Source: a virus (taxonomy: Duplodnaviria > Caudoviricetes). From it: a stretch of 52,814 bases of DNA. Shown here in pieces: positions 7,796-19,183 of this stretch (the first letter of the stretch is position 1; each line of letters begins with the position of its first letter). The position numbers were made by a program, and so were the translations under genes. The stretch covers positions 1-52,814 of IMG/VR virus record IMGVR_UViG_3300029825_000539. One strand, written 5' to 3'. The notes below the pieces were generated by a model, which saw only the letters and a list, made by a program, of their open reading frames with translations, ran no database searches and was not told where the DNA came from.

Positions 7796-10700
7796 ATGGC
7801 ATGGGGTAATATGGGTACTATATGGGCAGAGGTTGGCTTGGACTATAAAGCTCTTTCTGAAGGTATGAGAGAATCTAAAAAACAGGTAAACGAATTTGAC
7901 AAAACGCTTAGAGAGACGTTTAGGGATCTTAGCGACACCATATCTCAAACAGGCAAATCTATGTCTGTTGGCATTACTGTACCATTAACTGCAATGGGTG
8001 TTTTTGCCTACAAAACAGTTTCAGACCTAGAGTCTGCTATGGCCAACGTTTGGACTATTACAGATATAACAAAGGGCCAACTGGGAGCATTTACAAAAGA
8101 AATAGAAACAATGTCTACTAGAGTACCGCAAAGCGCTAAAAAACTAGCTGACGGTCTCTATGACGCTATAAGCTCAGGTATTAGAGACATAAATGAAGCA
8201 ATGAATGTCGTTGAAATCTCTGCTAAGGCAGCTATGGCTGGTATTACAGATACAGCTATCGCAGTAGATGCTTTAACATCAATCCTTAACTCTTATAGCA
8301 TGTCCGCAACCGAAGCTGGTCGTATTACAGATGTTATGTTTAGGACGGTAGATAGAGGTAAAATCACCTTTGGAGAATTAGCTGGTAATATCGGTCAAGT
8401 AGTATCTACAGCTGCAACAGCTAGCATACCTTTCGAACAACTAGCAGCTGCTTACGCTACCCTCACCAGAGGTGGTATTAATGCAGCTGAAGCTTCTACA
8501 GCTATTAACCAAGCTATTCTTTCTATTATTAATCCTAGCGAGGAAGCAGCAGGTTATGCTAAACAGCTCAGCATTGAGTTTAATGCAACTGCATTGGCAA
8601 GCAAAGGCTTTGCTGGCGTGTTAGAAGATGTCTACAATGCTACAGGAGGCAATATTGAAGCCTTAACAACCTTGTTCCCTAACGTTAGATCGTTAAAAGG
8701 TGTCTTAGGTCTAGTAAGGAATGAAATGCAAGACTATACCGAAGACATAAACCAGATGACTAACGCTACTGGTGCAACTGAAAAAGCCTTTAGTAAGCAA
8801 ATGCAGACTTCTACTGCACAACTACAATTATTCAAAAATGAAGTAGCTGCTCTAGGAAGAAGCCTTGGTTCAGACTTATTACCTATGATTAACTCAGGTA
8901 TGCAAGCTGTTAAACCATTAATACAATCTTTCTCTGATCTTTCGGACGGCATGAAACAGGGTATTGTAATTTTTGGTATCTTAGCAGCTTCTGCAGGTCC
9001 TGTAATGACCGCTGTTGGCGGATTAATTACATTGATGACAGGACCGGCAGGTTGGGTTGTAGCTTCAGCAGCAGTTATTGGCTCTGTCTATGGTGTAGTT
9101 AAAGCTAATGATGAAGCTAGATATGCGGTTTTAAAGCAAGCAGAAGCTCTTAGAGAACAGATTTCTACAATGCGCACACAAGCAGATACCTATGGTAATC
9201 AAGCTAGAGAGCTAGATAGCCTACTACAAAACTATGATTCTCTAAAAGAAAAATCTGAAGATAATGCTGATGCTCAAAGAGAGCTCCAGGATGTTGTTAG
9301 AAAGATAGCTGAAATTGCTCCTGAAGCAGTTACAGAATGGGATAAATTTGGTAATGCGATTAGCGTTAATGCCGATAAAGCCAAGGAAGCTGTCACATTG
9401 ATGCTAGAAGCCAGAAAAACTTATCTTGAAGCGGCTAAAGCTAAAGCGGAATATGAACTGCCTATGTTAGAGCAAAAGGCAGAGAAGATGAAACCTGATG
9501 TAGAAAAAGAACAGGGAAGATATAAAGAAGCTTACGAAGACTTAAACCGTGCAAAAATAAACGAACAAAAAGTGTCAAAATTATATGATAATGTTTTTGC
9601 TAAGTTAGGTAAAATAGGCGATGCTCAATCCCCACAAGCAAAAATTATTACTGCACAAATCGAAACTATGCTAAAAGATGCATTCGAAGAAGGAATCATA
9701 AGGGGCTATGATCCAAAAGGTTTTGAACAGTTAATAAAAGAACTTCAAAACGATCCTAATGGTGTTGCTAAAATAATTCTTTCTAATCAAAAATGGATGG
9801 CTGAAAACTGGAGCAAAAGTGCTACCAGCAAACTAGATACATCATCTAATCTGCTAAAAAAAGTTGCCGATCCTTATCATGAACTTGAAATGCAAATTGC
9901 AGAACTAAAAGGTCAATTGAGAGAACTAGAAGCAGTTGATGCTCAAATAAATGCACTTAATGATAAGAATACCAATGGCGAAAAGGAAACTTTGGTAACT
10001 TCGACTTATACAGAAGATATGAACGATTGGCTCAAGTGGTCTGAAAAAATAAAAGAGCTTAGCAAGGAAACCTTTGGCGATCTTCAAAAAGAATGGGATA
10101 CAATCACCAAAGACTTAACTTCAAACGATCCCGCCATCCAAGCTTGGGCGCAAAAAAGGGCTAACTCCCTTCTTAAAGCTATATCAGAAGGTTTAGAACA
10201 GAATGGCGGAGAGTGGTTAAAGGCTGCCGAAAAAGCTGCTGAAGAATTCAGGAGTGGATATGCTAGCCTAAAAAAAGCCATTAAAGAAGGCGAATCCGAA
10301 CTATCTAAAGATCTAAAAGAATTTAGATACAATGTATCTATAGGTAAGATAGAAGGCACAGAAGAACAAATTAAAACACTTGAAGCTATAAAGCAAACAA
10401 ATGCACACACAATGGCTAGTCTGGATGAACAAAGACAGCTTGAAGTTCAAATATATCAACTCAGAGAGGACCTAAGGAGCCAAAATATTAGATCTGCCTA
10501 CGAAGAGTATAGACATACCTCCACACTCTTAGATTATGAGGAACAAGATCATGTTGAGCATATTAAACGGTTGCTAGAAAATGAACAACTCAGTGTTAAA
10601 GATAAAAAAGCATTACAAGACGAGTTAGATATCTGGATAAAACGCAGAGATGACAGAGCTAAAGAAGAAGAAAAACGCAAACTGAAAGAAGGTTATCAGC

Positions 10701-13309
10701 GTACTACAGAACTGCTAGACCTCTCTTACAAAGAAAGAGCCGAGTATCTTTCTAAACTCATGCAAATGGATATCTGGAATAATGATGAACGCACAGAATT
10801 ACACAACGAATTCACAGATATGTACCTCAAAGCTGAGAAAGAAGCAGCCGAAAAGAATCAAAAGCTTATTTTAGATCAAGCTGAATATGAAGTGTCAATT
10901 GGTAAAAAAACTCAAGCCGAGCTTCTAAACGACATTGTCAAAAGTAGAGAAAAAGAACTAGAAGTTGCTAAGAAAAGCGGTAAAGATATTGATCAGGCTC
11001 AGCTTAAAGTTAATCAAGCTATAGCTAAATATAATGAGCAAATGCGACAAGATGATAAAGATACTCTTGATCATCAAGTGAGGATGAATGAACTTAGCTT
11101 GGAAGACAGGTTGAAAACAATCAGAAATTGGCTGAGCGCAGAAGATGGTGCTACTTCCCATTGGAAAAATATTACACAGGCAGAGCGTAGAGCATTACAA
11201 GAACAAGAGTTATCTCTTCAAAGGCAAATTAATGAAGAGTCCGCTAAAAAGCATATAACTGAACTAGGCGTAGAAACTGTTGTCAAGTCTGGTAGTAGTA
11301 GCGAACTAAAAGAACTGCAAAAGACTCTAGGTGATGCTTATAAAGCTACACTTGCTTTAGGTACAGCTGGTATAGAAGCTTCAAGACAATATGAACAGGC
11401 ATTACAATCTGTTGCAAGCGGACTAGAGCGGTCCACTAAACAAGAAGAAGAACTCAATGTCAATAGGCTAAGATACGAGTACGAAAACGGTGTTATCTCT
11501 CTCAGCAAATATAAAGAACTACTTGAGGAGAAGCTTGCCCAAGAAGAAGAATATTCTTCAAATTGGTTAGCTATTAAAAAAGAACTCAGAGAGTTAGAGA
11601 CAAACATCAATAAAAAAGCTGTTGACGAGTATCTCTCCAATCTTGGCGATCTTAGAAATGTCGAAATAGACACTGTCAGAGAGAAGTTAGAAGCACAAAA
11701 AGTTTACTATGAAAGCTTAGGTGCTGAAGGGCAAAAAGCTGTCGAAACAATAAAAAAGGCATTAGAAACCCTAGATAAACTAAAGAACGAGCAAATAAGT
11801 AATGATAAAGCTAGACTACAACTGCTTAGCATCATTAGTACCAACTCTATTGCAGAACAAATAGAGTTAGCCAAGCTAATAGCAGAAACAGAAAAAGAAA
11901 CCGAAGCTGAACGCCTAGATGCGGCTAGAGGATATTATGAATACCTAGCTGGATTAATCAGTAAATCAAATAGAGACTCTCTTCCTGTCATTAAAAATAC
12001 TCTTTTAGAGCAATTAAAAGCTTATGAAGACGCTGGGGAAGGTTCTTCTAATATGGCAGCTGTCGTCATAGTAGCTCTGAAGCTTATTGAAGACCAGGGT
12101 AAAAAAACCGCATTAAATACCGCTAATAAAGCTATTGATGCAGTAAACAAAGTTACTCAATCTGTATCTAGTCTGGCTTCATTGTTCGGTGCAGATTCTG
12201 AACTTACTTCTGGGATTGAAGCTTTTGGTGGAGCTATTGCAGATACCATTAAAATGGTCGGCCAGATTGCATCAGGTGATATTTTCGGCGCTGTTACGTC
12301 TGGGATATCTATGCTCTCAGGTTTGGATAAAGCTTACGCCACGTTAATTCCTAGCATTAGAGACTCTAAAAAAGCATTCAAAGAAATGTCAGACAGCATG
12401 AAAGAATCCTTAAATACACTGGGTAAATTTAATTCCAAGTCTCTAATTGGTCTAACTGACTCTATAAAGAAAGCGCAAGCCGATCTCGAAGCATGGCAGA
12501 AAGCAGCCGAAGAAAGAGCCAATGCTGGGTTCTTCAAGAACCTATGGTGGTCCTTAACAGATTCAGCTCCAGATGCTGGTTCAGAAGCTGGCAGAGAAGC
12601 GGCCCAAGCCTTCATTGAGACCTGGAGCGTTGTGGGCAGTGCCTTAAACTCAGGGGTAACCTCTGGTATTCAGAGTGGGATAAAAGCCTTCATGGATGGC
12701 ACGGGACGCATGATCACATATCTAAGAAATGGTATCAGAAGTGCCATTATTGATGCTATTACGCAAGCAATCATCCAGGGTTCTATTTACAAGGGAGCTC
12801 TCGGTAAGATGTTAGAGACGCTCACAGACCAGATATCAGATTCACAGTGGGATGCTGCTCAAGACACAATAATGAATATAGCAAATGCTATACCAGAAGT
12901 GGCTAGCAACTTAGAAGGAGTACTTGCTCCTTTATCTGAAACGTTAAACAAGTACTTGCCTAGTTCTTCCTCCTCTGGTAGTAGGTCAGGCAGTTCTGGT
13001 ACTCAAATAGCGGAGATAACCGGCTCTTCACGAGACATGCTTGTAGAAATGCTAAGACCGCTAATAACATTGGATTCTCTGCCAGTTTACACCGCTAGCA
13101 TTGAGGTAGCTATTTACGATATGAGAGATGCTTTTCTAAGGTTTATAGGTACTGATATTGCATCTAAGGTAGCTACTACAACAATCTATAACGAGTACAA
13201 CATTAACGAAATAAATATCATTGCTCAAAGTGATGACGATTTTGACAGGATTATGAGTTCTCTTGATAAAAGAGCAAGAGTCGCAACCGAGGGGAGTGGA
13301 GGAAAATGA
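7796..13309 (+). CDS. Tail tape measure protein (TP901-family core)
   Basis: 1837 aa, largely helical; N-terminal PhageMin_Tail-like region. Confidence 0.95.
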   Translation: MAWGNMGTIWAEVGLDYKALSEGMRESKKQVNEFDKTLRETFRDLSDTISQTGKSMSVGITVPLTAMGVFAYKTVSDLESAMANVWTITDITKGQLGAFTKEIETMSTRVPQSAKKLADGLYDAISSGIRDINEAMNVVEISAKAAMAGITDTAIAVDALTSILNSYSMSATEAGRITDVMFRTVDRGKITFGELAGNIGQVVSTAATASIPFEQLAAAYATLTRGGINAAEASTAINQAILSIINPSEEAAGYAKQLSIEFNATALASKGFAGVLEDVYNATGGNIEALTTLFPNVRSLKGVLGLVRNEMQDYTEDINQMTNATGATEKAFSKQMQTSTAQLQLFKNEVAALGRSLGSDLLPMINSGMQAVKPLIQSFSDLSDGMKQGIVIFGILAASAGPVMTAVGGLITLMTGPAGWVVASAAVIGSVYGVVKANDEARYAVLKQAEALREQISTMRTQADTYGNQARELDSLLQNYDSLKEKSEDNADAQRELQDVVRKIAEIAPEAVTEWDKFGNAISVNADKAKEAVTLMLEARKTYLEAAKAKAEYELPMLEQKAEKMKPDVEKEQGRYKEAYEDLNRAKINEQKVSKLYDNVFAKLGKIGDAQSPQAKIITAQIETMLKDAFEEGIIRGYDPKGFEQLIKELQNDPNGVAKIILSNQKWMAENWSKSATSKLDTSSNLLKKVADPYHELEMQIAELKGQLRELEAVDAQINALNDKNTNGEKETLVTSTYTEDMNDWLKWSEKIKELSKETFGDLQKEWDTITKDLTSNDPAIQAWAQKRANSLLKAISEGLEQNGGEWLKAAEKAAEEFRSGYASLKKAIKEGESELSKDLKEFRYNVSIGKIEGTEEQIKTLEAIKQTNAHTMASLDEQRQLEVQIYQLREDLRSQNIRSAYEEYRHTSTLLDYEEQDHVEHIKRLLENEQLSVKDKKALQDELDIWIKRRDDRAKEEEKRKLKEGYQRTTELLDLSYKERAEYLSKLMQMDIWNNDERTELHNEFTDMYLKAEKEAAEKNQKLILDQAEYEVSIGKKTQAELLNDIVKSREKELEVAKKSGKDIDQAQLKVNQAIAKYNEQMRQDDKDTLDHQVRMNELSLEDRLKTIRNWLSAEDGATSHWKNITQAERRALQEQELSLQRQINEESAKKHITELGVETVVKSGSSSELKELQKTLGDAYKATLALGTAGIEASRQYEQALQSVASGLERSTKQEEELNVNRLRYEYENGVISLSKYKELLEEKLAQEEEYSSNWLAIKKELRELETNINKKAVDEYLSNLGDLRNVEIDTVREKLEAQKVYYESLGAEGQKAVETIKKALETLDKLKNEQISNDKARLQLLSIISTNSIAEQIELAKLIAETEKETEAERLDAARGYYEYLAGLISKSNRDSLPVIKNTLLEQLKAYEDAGEGSSNMAAVVIVALKLIEDQGKKTALNTANKAIDAVNKVTQSVSSLASLFGADSELTSGIEAFGGAIADTIKMVGQIASGDIFGAVTSGISMLSGLDKAYATLIPSIRDSKKAFKEMSDSMKESLNTLGKFNSKSLIGLTDSIKKAQADLEAWQKAAEERANAGFFKNLWWSLTDSAPDAGSEAGREAAQAFIETWSVVGSALNSGVTSGIQSGIKAFMDGTGRMITYLRNGIRSAIIDAITQAIIQGSIYKGALGKMLETLTDQISDSQWDAAQDTIMNIANAIPEVASNLEGVLAPLSETLNKYLPSSSSSGSRSGSSGTQIAEITGSSRDMLVEMLRPLITLDSLPVYTASIEVAIYDMRDAFLRFIGTDIASKVATTTIYNEYNINEINIIAQSDDDFDRIMSSLDKRARVATEGSGGK

Positions 13310-16300
13310 GGGTTAAATTAGTTAACAGATATGGGGAGGTCCTTATCCTCCCTGAAGAACTATCGTTAAAAGGTTGGCCAGATGATACTAACCTAAAGGG
13401 AACTGAAATCGAAGGCAGACCTGGTCGCATCATAGATAGACCAAATTCTAAGCTCAGACCAAGGATCATCAGAGTAGCTGGCTATATGGCAGGCATAGAT
13501 AAAGATGATGCAGACAAAATAAGAGAAATGATTGCAGGGTTCGTCAATGAGGCGGGCCCTTTTAAGATCTATAGACATGACACTGCAGACAAGTATATGT
13601 ATGTTTACAAGAAAAGCATGGATCATGAATATAGAACTGGTCACTTTGAAGGTAAAGTGTTTAGTCTCTCCCTCAGTTTCGAAGCAGCTGACCCCCTCTT
13701 CTACAGTGACGAAGTTACAGAGGAATTTTATGTAACAGGGGATTCTGTAAGGGTAAGCGCAGTCAATCCGAACTTGCCAGGGACAAACGGTTTAGTAGAC
13801 GTAGAGTATGTTGGAAGATGGGACTTCAGTGGTGAAAGAGCGAGGACTCAACAGGTTGATGGGGGCATGATAATTAAATTTTATGGTACAGGGTTAATCT
13901 TAGATGCATATGGTTCTTTGAATAATAAAATAAACGTACAAATAGATAATGAGGCCCCCTTTATGTTAACATTTGATAAATTACTGCAAGATTATACCAG
14001 TTATGCGCTGTCAAGTGAATTAGAAGCAGGTGTTCACGTTGCAAAAATAGTGCTGGCACAAGGAACTTTGGCTACTAGACATTTTGACATTCTTGGCTCG
14101 AACCAGTATTTATTGGAGAACCCTGGCACAGCCGAATCAGAACCTGTGATCTATGTTGAACCTGCCAAAAGAGAAGAAAGCTTTGATTATAAAGGTAAAT
14201 TAAAGGGAAGCATTACAGAAAACAAAAATGTTTTTTATGGAACTATAGCAAAACAAACCATTTCTCCGTCACAAGCAGGATGGGCAGAAGGGTTTTCTGA
14301 GTCTATTTATAACAAAGATGGAATAACTGCAGGTAACCCTGTAGCAACTGCAGACCATTATTATATGCAACGTATGGAGTATGATCTTTCTCACCTCTCT
14401 CCCGCTTACCTTAATTCACTCGTCTATAAAGGTTTTCACAAAGCCAACGGTAGCAACGCAGGCGCAAATTCTTACACGTACAAAGTGCAGGCATGGGATA
14501 ATGTCGGCCAGAAGTATGACGTTCTTGGTACAGGTGGCCTAATGTTTGAAAGATATAGTAAGGCATTAAAGGGAGATGGTAGTTTCGCAATTCCGAATGA
14601 ACCACGTTTCGACCACGGTGGAACCAAAAACCTTTTACCTGCAACAGCAACCAAGTTCAACTGGAAGCACACGGGTTTTTCGTATTATGATGAGGTCGTA
14701 GGAGTGCCAGAAAACTGCTCGGATGGGAAGTTTAGTGTAGGGTTAAAGGGGTTAACTGCCTCCAATTTAATTAAAAACAGTTTGTTAAACGATTTGAACG
14801 ATAAAATATCAATGAATCACTCGGTAGTATTAAATAAAGGATATAAAGCTACCATAATGGAAGACGGTAAATTTGGGTTTGTAGTAGCAAAAACTTCAAG
14901 TACTTTAATGTCAGGGAAAACATATCTACTATATGTTAAAGCAGATACTGGAACTGTAACCGAAAATTTAAACCTTGCTTTGAAACGAGCTGATGAGCAG
15001 GGAACTCAAGAAATTCAAATCTTTCCACTCGGTGGGATACAGGAAGTATATGCCAAATTCACTTTTACACAAAACAGCACAGGGGTTGGTTTAAGTGTTT
15101 ATCCAGCTACTAATGCTAAAGCTGGACAATGGTATGAACTTTTAGGTGCTATGGCTATTGAGTTACAAGGTGAAGATATAAATTTATCAGTAGAAGAATT
15201 AAAAAGAAAATATAAGTATATTTCAAGTGGCATTAAATCCACAGTTAGTGCAGTTAGGGTTAAGAGCGTTGGGAAGAATTTATTTAAAGTAGATCACACT
15301 TATGCTAAAAAGTATGAGGATTATAATATTATTGATTCGATTGCCTGGGATGCAGTAGTAACCTCATATTATAGTGATAGATGGGGGATTTGGACAGTTT
15401 TAGCAGGGGAAACTGCCCATAAACAGGTTTTAAAATGCCCGAAATTTAAGTCCAATACACAGTACACTTTTACTTTTGATTTTATAAACAAACTATCAGA
15501 TGGATATATTATTAGAATTTTTTATACTGATGGAACTAGTAATTTTGTTGGTGCATGGGCAAAGAATATTACTCACCATGTATTTACTAGTTCTCCAAAT
15601 AAAACAATACAATATATCGCTTTTCACGTATCTGATTTAATATTGGACACACTTCAAATCGAAGAAGGTACAGTAGCAACCTCCTACGAACCCTGCACAG
15701 AGTCCTCTCTCTACCTCAACGCAGGACAACCATTGAGAAGTCTCATGAACGGAACTAAAGATGAGGTTAGCGAAGGCAAGTTAATTAAGAAGGTTAGTAA
15801 TGTCTATACCCTGCAAACTACTGATATAACAAGTATAGGGCAATTAACAAATGTTGATATAGTTATTTTATCAGCATCAAGACTCCTTAATTATATGTTC
15901 AAAGAAACAGGAGATAAATCAGGTAAATCACTTTCTTTAGAAGGATACTCGCCATTAGGTTCAAAGACGATAGATAGCACGGACAGCATTGGTTGCTACT
16001 ATATTAACCCTGCAAACTGGGTTGTTATTGTAGCAAAAGGCACTACTATAGAACAAGCCAGAACATTGCTAACAGGAAAAGTACTAACCTATCAGTTGGC
16101 GACACCAGAAGTTTTACCAGTTGAATCTGAAGGTCGTTTAACTGCATACCAGAACGGTACCCTGTACGCCGAGCCAAGTCTTTGGGGGTATATCGAAGCT
16201 GGCAATAGTACAAAGACAATTACTGACATCACCCTGCCAGCAGGATATATTCGCAAAGTTGAGAGAATAGACATCTTAGACGGCAAAGAAGTGAGGGTAG

Positions 16301-18687
16301 ACGTTACGGCCGATTGTAGTTTAACAGACCTCAACACGGCAATAACAATTAACACTCCTGACCTCGGCAAGAGATATTTTTATGACTGTTCTATTGCAGA
16401 AGGGTATTCGACCAACGGAGAAAAGACCTACTTTTTCGAGAAGGCAGTAACCTTGACACAAGGGCAGGTCGTAGCAGAATGGGAAGCAGTAAACGCCACT
16501 AAGGTCGAACTGGTGAAAGGAACGAGTGATAGCATATATTACACCACTGTAACGCCAGACAAGCCTAAGCTGACACACACGGCCTCTATGTACGTAAAAA
16601 ACATTGGCACTGTACCCGTAGTAATTGGCTCGCAGACAATACAACCTGGAACACAGACCAGAGCAACCATTAGCATACCAGCCAACACAACAGAGGCGAA
16701 ACTCTCAATAGTAGCAACGCCAGAAACAGTACCAGGCACGAAACTAGCATTAATGGCCTGGCATCCGCAAATAGAGGAAGGAGCCACTGCCACTGAGTGG
16801 GTTGAGGGAAGAAATACAGGTATCTTCATTGAGGAAGGAACAACCAACCTCATCACAGACCAAGATTTATTTAATATTTATGAAGGGGCAACAGTTACGA
16901 TAGGGGAAGGAGAAGGCGACCGAGAAGGATGGAAAAAAGGAGTAGTAACGTATGTAGGAACCGAAGGATATATTGGATACCTGCAGACATATAAAGTACA
17001 ACCAGGTAAAACTATATCGGTTGGAATAGATTTTTATTCACCGACGGGCCAAATATATCCGTTATTGACTGGAAGCATTTATGCGGACGATTTACAAGAT
17101 AATGGAAACGGTCGTTACCAATTAACGTGGACAAATAAAGAGAGTACGGAAAAAAACATGGGCGTTTATATTAGAAGTACCCCAAAGGAAACAATAAATG
17201 AAGTATTTTATTACAAAGAATATCAGATAGAAAAAAAAGCCTACTGCACCACATACACACCGACAACCAGAGGGGAAGAACTGGTAACAGTACCAGCCAG
17301 AGGAGTTCTTCCGTTAGAAGGCAGTTTAGAAATAGAGTTCTTTTACAGGTATGATGCAACAAGAAATAAATTCCTTTTGGACTGCAATACAGGCCTGGGT
17401 AACGCTTTTATGTTGTGGTTTTATAGCGAAAATAACCTAAATTTAAGGTTAGCCAATAGCAATAATGAAGGCGTTAATGTTGTAATACAAGTAACAACAA
17501 ACACTAGAGGCACTGTACGAATTGCTTGGAGTAAAAACATGTTAAGGGTATATAGAAATGGGTTAAAAATAGCAGAAAAAGCTGACCCGTACATTATGCA
17601 AGAAATTACAAACAAACTTTATATAGGCAAACAATATAATGACACGATTTATTATTTGCATATTACTTCCAAGCAGTGGACAGACGAAGAAATGTCCTCC
17701 CCTGATAGGTTGCCTGTTGATGGTAATACAACGTTAGTAAAAGATTTTTCAGAAGAAAACCTTGACTGCATTACGCCGTTTGAAGCAACCATAACCAGCC
17801 CGCAAAAATATATTGATGCCGAGGGCAAAGTGAATTTCCTTGTAAGAAGTTCGTTTCCTGCAGATGCGAATATTCCTTCGTATGTTTACACTGATTACGT
17901 ACAGATGAAGGCAAGTTACCAGCAGGCAAAGTTAGGAGCTAACGCAGTAGTACTAAAGGCCAGAAACCTGTTAGATAATCCGAGTTTCGAGGAAGCTGCA
18001 GATGGGTTGCCTGTAGGATGGGGGAAAATAAACAATCCTTCGTTGTTATATGTAGAACCCAAAGAAGGCAAAATAGCAATAACAGGCATAGGGCCAAATG
18101 ATTATTTCTACCAAAATTTAACAGTAATTCCATATAACTATTATTGGATTGGTATATGGGTAAAGGGTGTTAATGATGGAGAGCAATCAATACCGATTTT
18201 AATCGAATGGCAAGATGCTAAAAATTCTTTTATTAAATATGATATGGCAAAAACAACAACGTTAATGAAAGACTATCAATGGGTAGAAATAATTAAACAA
18301 GCACCACAAAATGCTGTAAAAGCAAAGTTACACGCAGGATATGCTGGTGGTAATTTCAAACAAACAAGAGTTATAGTAGATGGCCTAGTTTTCGAGTGCC
18401 TCGGTGACTCCCCTGAATCTCCCACCAGACAAGGATATGTAGAACCTCTACGCAAATACCTCTCCTTCTCTTCCCCTGTCGTACTAGCTAAGGGTGAGGT
18501 CCTCTCCTACAGCAACACTTCGCAGATGAGAGTACAGAAGAATGGTGAGAGTGTGCTGAACCAAGCCAGTACTGAAATGCTCCTTGGTGGCTTTCCTATT
18601 CAACCTGGAAAGCAGATCCTTGAGTTCAACTGTCCTAAAGACGAGCTATGGAAAGTAACGCTTAAATATCAACCAAAATATTACTAA
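13306..18687 (+). CDS. Evolved distal tail (Dit) protein with multiple inserted carbohydrate-binding/LamG-like modules
   Basis: Dit N-terminus (LSLSFEAADPLFYS), ENPGTAESEP and C-terminal GGFPIQPGKQ...PKYY bracket about 1500 aa of KNL...QIEEG modules. Confidence 0.8.
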   Translation: MRVKLVNRYGEVLILPEELSLKGWPDDTNLKGTEIEGRPGRIIDRPNSKLRPRIIRVAGYMAGIDKDDADKIREMIAGFVNEAGPFKIYRHDTADKYMYVYKKSMDHEYRTGHFEGKVFSLSLSFEAADPLFYSDEVTEEFYVTGDSVRVSAVNPNLPGTNGLVDVEYVGRWDFSGERARTQQVDGGMIIKFYGTGLILDAYGSLNNKINVQIDNEAPFMLTFDKLLQDYTSYALSSELEAGVHVAKIVLAQGTLATRHFDILGSNQYLLENPGTAESEPVIYVEPAKREESFDYKGKLKGSITENKNVFYGTIAKQTISPSQAGWAEGFSESIYNKDGITAGNPVATADHYYMQRMEYDLSHLSPAYLNSLVYKGFHKANGSNAGANSYTYKVQAWDNVGQKYDVLGTGGLMFERYSKALKGDGSFAIPNEPRFDHGGTKNLLPATATKFNWKHTGFSYYDEVVGVPENCSDGKFSVGLKGLTASNLIKNSLLNDLNDKISMNHSVVLNKGYKATIMEDGKFGFVVAKTSSTLMSGKTYLLYVKADTGTVTENLNLALKRADEQGTQEIQIFPLGGIQEVYAKFTFTQNSTGVGLSVYPATNAKAGQWYELLGAMAIELQGEDINLSVEELKRKYKYISSGIKSTVSAVRVKSVGKNLFKVDHTYAKKYEDYNIIDSIAWDAVVTSYYSDRWGIWTVLAGETAHKQVLKCPKFKSNTQYTFTFDFINKLSDGYIIRIFYTDGTSNFVGAWAKNITHHVFTSSPNKTIQYIAFHVSDLILDTLQIEEGTVATSYEPCTESSLYLNAGQPLRSLMNGTKDEVSEGKLIKKVSNVYTLQTTDITSIGQLTNVDIVILSASRLLNYMFKETGDKSGKSLSLEGYSPLGSKTIDSTDSIGCYYINPANWVVIVAKGTTIEQARTLLTGKVLTYQLATPEVLPVESEGRLTAYQNGTLYAEPSLWGYIEAGNSTKTITDITLPAGYIRKVERIDILDGKEVRVDVTADCSLTDLNTAITINTPDLGKRYFYDCSIAEGYSTNGEKTYFFEKAVTLTQGQVVAEWEAVNATKVELVKGTSDSIYYTTVTPDKPKLTHTASMYVKNIGTVPVVIGSQTIQPGTQTRATISIPANTTEAKLSIVATPETVPGTKLALMAWHPQIEEGATATEWVEGRNTGIFIEEGTTNLITDQDLFNIYEGATVTIGEGEGDREGWKKGVVTYVGTEGYIGYLQTYKVQPGKTISVGIDFYSPTGQIYPLLTGSIYADDLQDNGNGRYQLTWTNKESTEKNMGVYIRSTPKETINEVFYYKEYQIEKKAYCTTYTPTTRGEELVTVPARGVLPLEGSLEIEFFYRYDATRNKFLLDCNTGLGNAFMLWFYSENNLNLRLANSNNEGVNVVIQVTTNTRGTVRIAWSKNMLRVYRNGLKIAEKADPYIMQEITNKLYIGKQYNDTIYYLHITSKQWTDEEMSSPDRLPVDGNTTLVKDFSEENLDCITPFEATITSPQKYIDAEGKVNFLVRSSFPADANIPSYVYTDYVQMKASYQQAKLGANAVVLKARNLLDNPSFEEAADGLPVGWGKINNPSLLYVEPKEGKIAITGIGPNDYFYQNLTVIPYNYYWIGIWVKGVNDGEQSIPILIEWQDAKNSFIKYDMAKTTTLMKDYQWVEIIKQAPQNAVKAKLHAGYAGGNFKQTRVIVDGLVFECLGDSPESPTRQGYVEPLRKYLSFSSPVVLAKGEVLSYSNTSQMRVQKNGESVLNQASTEMLLGGFPIQPGKQILEFNCPKDELWKVTLKYQPKYY

Positions 18688-18700
18688 AGAGGTGATATGT

Positions 18701-19183
18701 ATGAGAGTTGAAGAAATTGTAAGCTCTCTCCTTTCAAAAATTGAAGATGTACAAAACAAAAGAATAACGGCTCAGGCAGACCTTTTAGATGCCTTGGGCC
18801 GTTTTCAATTAGCAAAAGAATCAGAAGAAGAGGCGATCAATACACAAGCCCTTTCGGCCGGAGAGATATCTTCTCTAAGAGCTCAGCTCCTCCAATTTAA
18901 TGAGCAAGAGATGGCCTATAAAGAGCAGTTGAAGCATTTCCAAGCACTTCTTAGCCTAGCACAACCACCAGCCGAAGAGCCTGCCCCTGAAGAACAACCT
19001 CCTGCAGAGCAAGAAACTGCTCCAGCGGAAACTATTCCCGAAGAAGAGCAAATAACCGAAGAACCAGTAACCGATCCGACGGCCGAAGAAAATCCCGCAG
19101 AGGGCGAACTACCACTTGATGATCCTCCTCTGCCGGCAGAAGAAGAGATACCACCAGTAGAGGGTGATGGCGGTGGCCTATAG
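18701..19183 (+). CDS. Coiled-coil plus Pro/Glu-rich hypothetical tail-region protein
   Basis: GAGGTG RBS; coiled N-terminus, PAEE-rich C-terminus. Confidence 0.6.
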   Translation: MRVEEIVSSLLSKIEDVQNKRITAQADLLDALGRFQLAKESEEEAINTQALSAGEISSLRAQLLQFNEQEMAYKEQLKHFQALLSLAQPPAEEPAPEEQPPAEQETAPAETIPEEEQITEEPVTDPTAEENPAEGELPLDDPPLPAEEEIPPVEGDGGGL

